Below, in pieces: positions 62,161-64,000 of a stretch of DNA of 64,000 bases. Source of the DNA: Dipteris shenzhenensis. Taxonomy: Eukaryota. Where the stretch lies: the NCBI GenBank assembly GCA_047967505.1, contig CM106538.1. The stretch is one strand, 5' to 3'. Both the position numbers and the translations under genes were made by a program. Under the pieces are notes generated by a model. The model saw nothing but the letters and a program-made list of their open reading frames with translations, was not told the origin of the DNA and made no database searches. Positions within the stretch are counted from its first letter, which is position 1, and each line of letters opens with the position of its first letter.

Positions 62161-64000
62161 TTTCTTGGTGTGTTAGTCTTTGTTGCAGTAAATATAAATG
62201 ATGGCAAAAGTACAATTTATCAAGTGAAAATAGAGAAAAAGAGATTACAATGTACATTTATGTCCAACAACAGGTTATATAAAAATTATCAACTTAAACC
62301 GATAAAAAATTGAACAGAGGATCTTATATTTATAAAAACTCGGCAATTGCTAAGAGCTTTAAACAAAAGATTGCAGGTAGCAGCCATAACCATTCAAATA
62401 CAAATATAAAAGTTAACAATAGTGCATATTGAGAGCCTAATTTCTGCTTCCAAACTTACTTACTAAGGACTTTTTGGTATCTATCAAATTAAGTAAGAAA
62501 TCCTTAATTAATGGACAATGAGAAGAATATTGATCATCTATTTAAAAGTATTAAATTTTTAAATTTTATACATTTGTATTCATTTGCATTCTTAAATCAA
62601 ATCAAGGTTAAATCATCATTTATGAAATTTCACATTTTATAGTAGTGATGTCTTCAGTAAAACTCTCTTGGACTATGATATTGTCAAAAATTGAAAGTCT
62701 TTGAATTTTCAAGTTTAATGATCTTTAAAGTCATGCAAATCTATTTTGAAGATTGAAACCATGTATCTTACCCTTACACAACAATTTACAAGATGTTGGC
62801 AAGTTTTTGACACAAATTTTGATGCAATTTGTGAAGAAATAATTTTGCTCCTAGCTGGGGAAACATCAGCATTGATTTCAATATTTAGGACCATCAATAT
62901 AAATGTCAGTTCTTGATGCCATGTTAACAAATACCTCGTTGGTATTAATCTTCCATCAACATTAAATGCTTTGAGCACAGTAGTAGAGAACAAAGGTTGA
63001 AGGTACAGCATAGGTCATGGCTTGAAAACCCAAGAACATGTTCTATGTACAAGGCTCACATTAGGAGGCGGCATGGCAGATCAAGGAGCTAAAGCTAAAG
63101 GACTTAATAAAAGCATAAGTTATAGTAAAAGCATGGGAGTTTACCAATAAGAACCCTTAATCAAGAAATAAGATAACTTCAAGATAAGGGAAGGGCATAA
63201 ACTGAAAAAGAATATCTTCTTCCTAAAGGTGCAAATAAGGAGTACTAGTGTCGTCCCCATGACAAAATAAATAACAACAAAACAATTAGCTCTATGCCTG
63301 AACTAATTGCCAAGATCCAAAACAATGCTTAATACAAGATCTTTACATTACACGCACCTTTATTAGTGTGTGTGTGGGGGGGGGGGCAAGGGGAGCGCGT
63401 GAATGCACAGGTAAGAGTGCGTGAACGCACAAGTAAGTGCATGCATGTGTGTGTGCATGGGCACATGAGTGTATGTTAAGTTTATCCTAAAATGTAAATA
63501 AAATTACTTTACGTTCAGATTGGATATAAATAGGTGGTATCAAAGAACCCAAAAAGATACAATTGGGAACATCACTTGTTGATGATAGCATGGGTTCTTC
63601 TTTTTTAATGAGAATTTTCCATACAAAGTTTAGGTTAAATCCACTTGATACATAAAAATAGAAACAAAATTGCAATTGCTTACCTTAAAAGAAGTTTATT
63701 TGCACTAAAAAATGTAGAGGTGTTATCCAAGTGACTATTATGTAAGTTACAGGCTTTATTAGCACTTCCGAGGGGAAGCTCTAGCAAATACTTCTTAGTG
63801 CGATTTTATAACATTATTAAGGACTGCTTATGTTAAACTAAAACACAGAGTGCTACACAGCAAATGTGCTCCCTTGTTTAGTGCGAGTGCATTACATGTT
63901 CAAACTGCTTGCACTATTTGGCTCTGAATGTTGGCATGCTGTGACCACCATTGCTCAATGCCGTGCGCTTTGGAGACTGAACGAACAACAACGTGCAAGT

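Overview
Eukaryotic, repeat-dense plant-type DNA with no ordinary host gene. The Met-tRNA-primed copia elements, spliceosomal introns and methylation-type decay would fit a large-genome land plant such as a fern, but that is inference. Most of the window is nested, decayed transposons: copia elements, Sola/DUF7869-like and P-like transposase remnants, MITEs, satellites and a segmental duplication. The standout is an apparently intact 11.7-kb DNA transposon (8287-19999, 32-bp TIRs) inserted into an older dead transposase gene. It carries four spliced genes with open frames: (1) an 813-aa RAG1/Transib-like DDE transposase; (2) a ~564-aa unknown protein; (3) a 545-aa fusion of a divergent histone H3 (K4 kept, K9 replaced by Q) with a Ulp1/C48 SUMO-protease-like domain; (4) a 417-aa protein with a BAH-like domain and a ubiquitin-like C-terminus. 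Six copies of a 20-bp-stem hairpin motif flank a G-box-rich bidirectional promoter. Together this looks like a transposon-encoded chromatin/anti-silencing kit. Gene models were built by hand from GT-AG sites and frame continuity; domain calls are by motif recognition, not database search.
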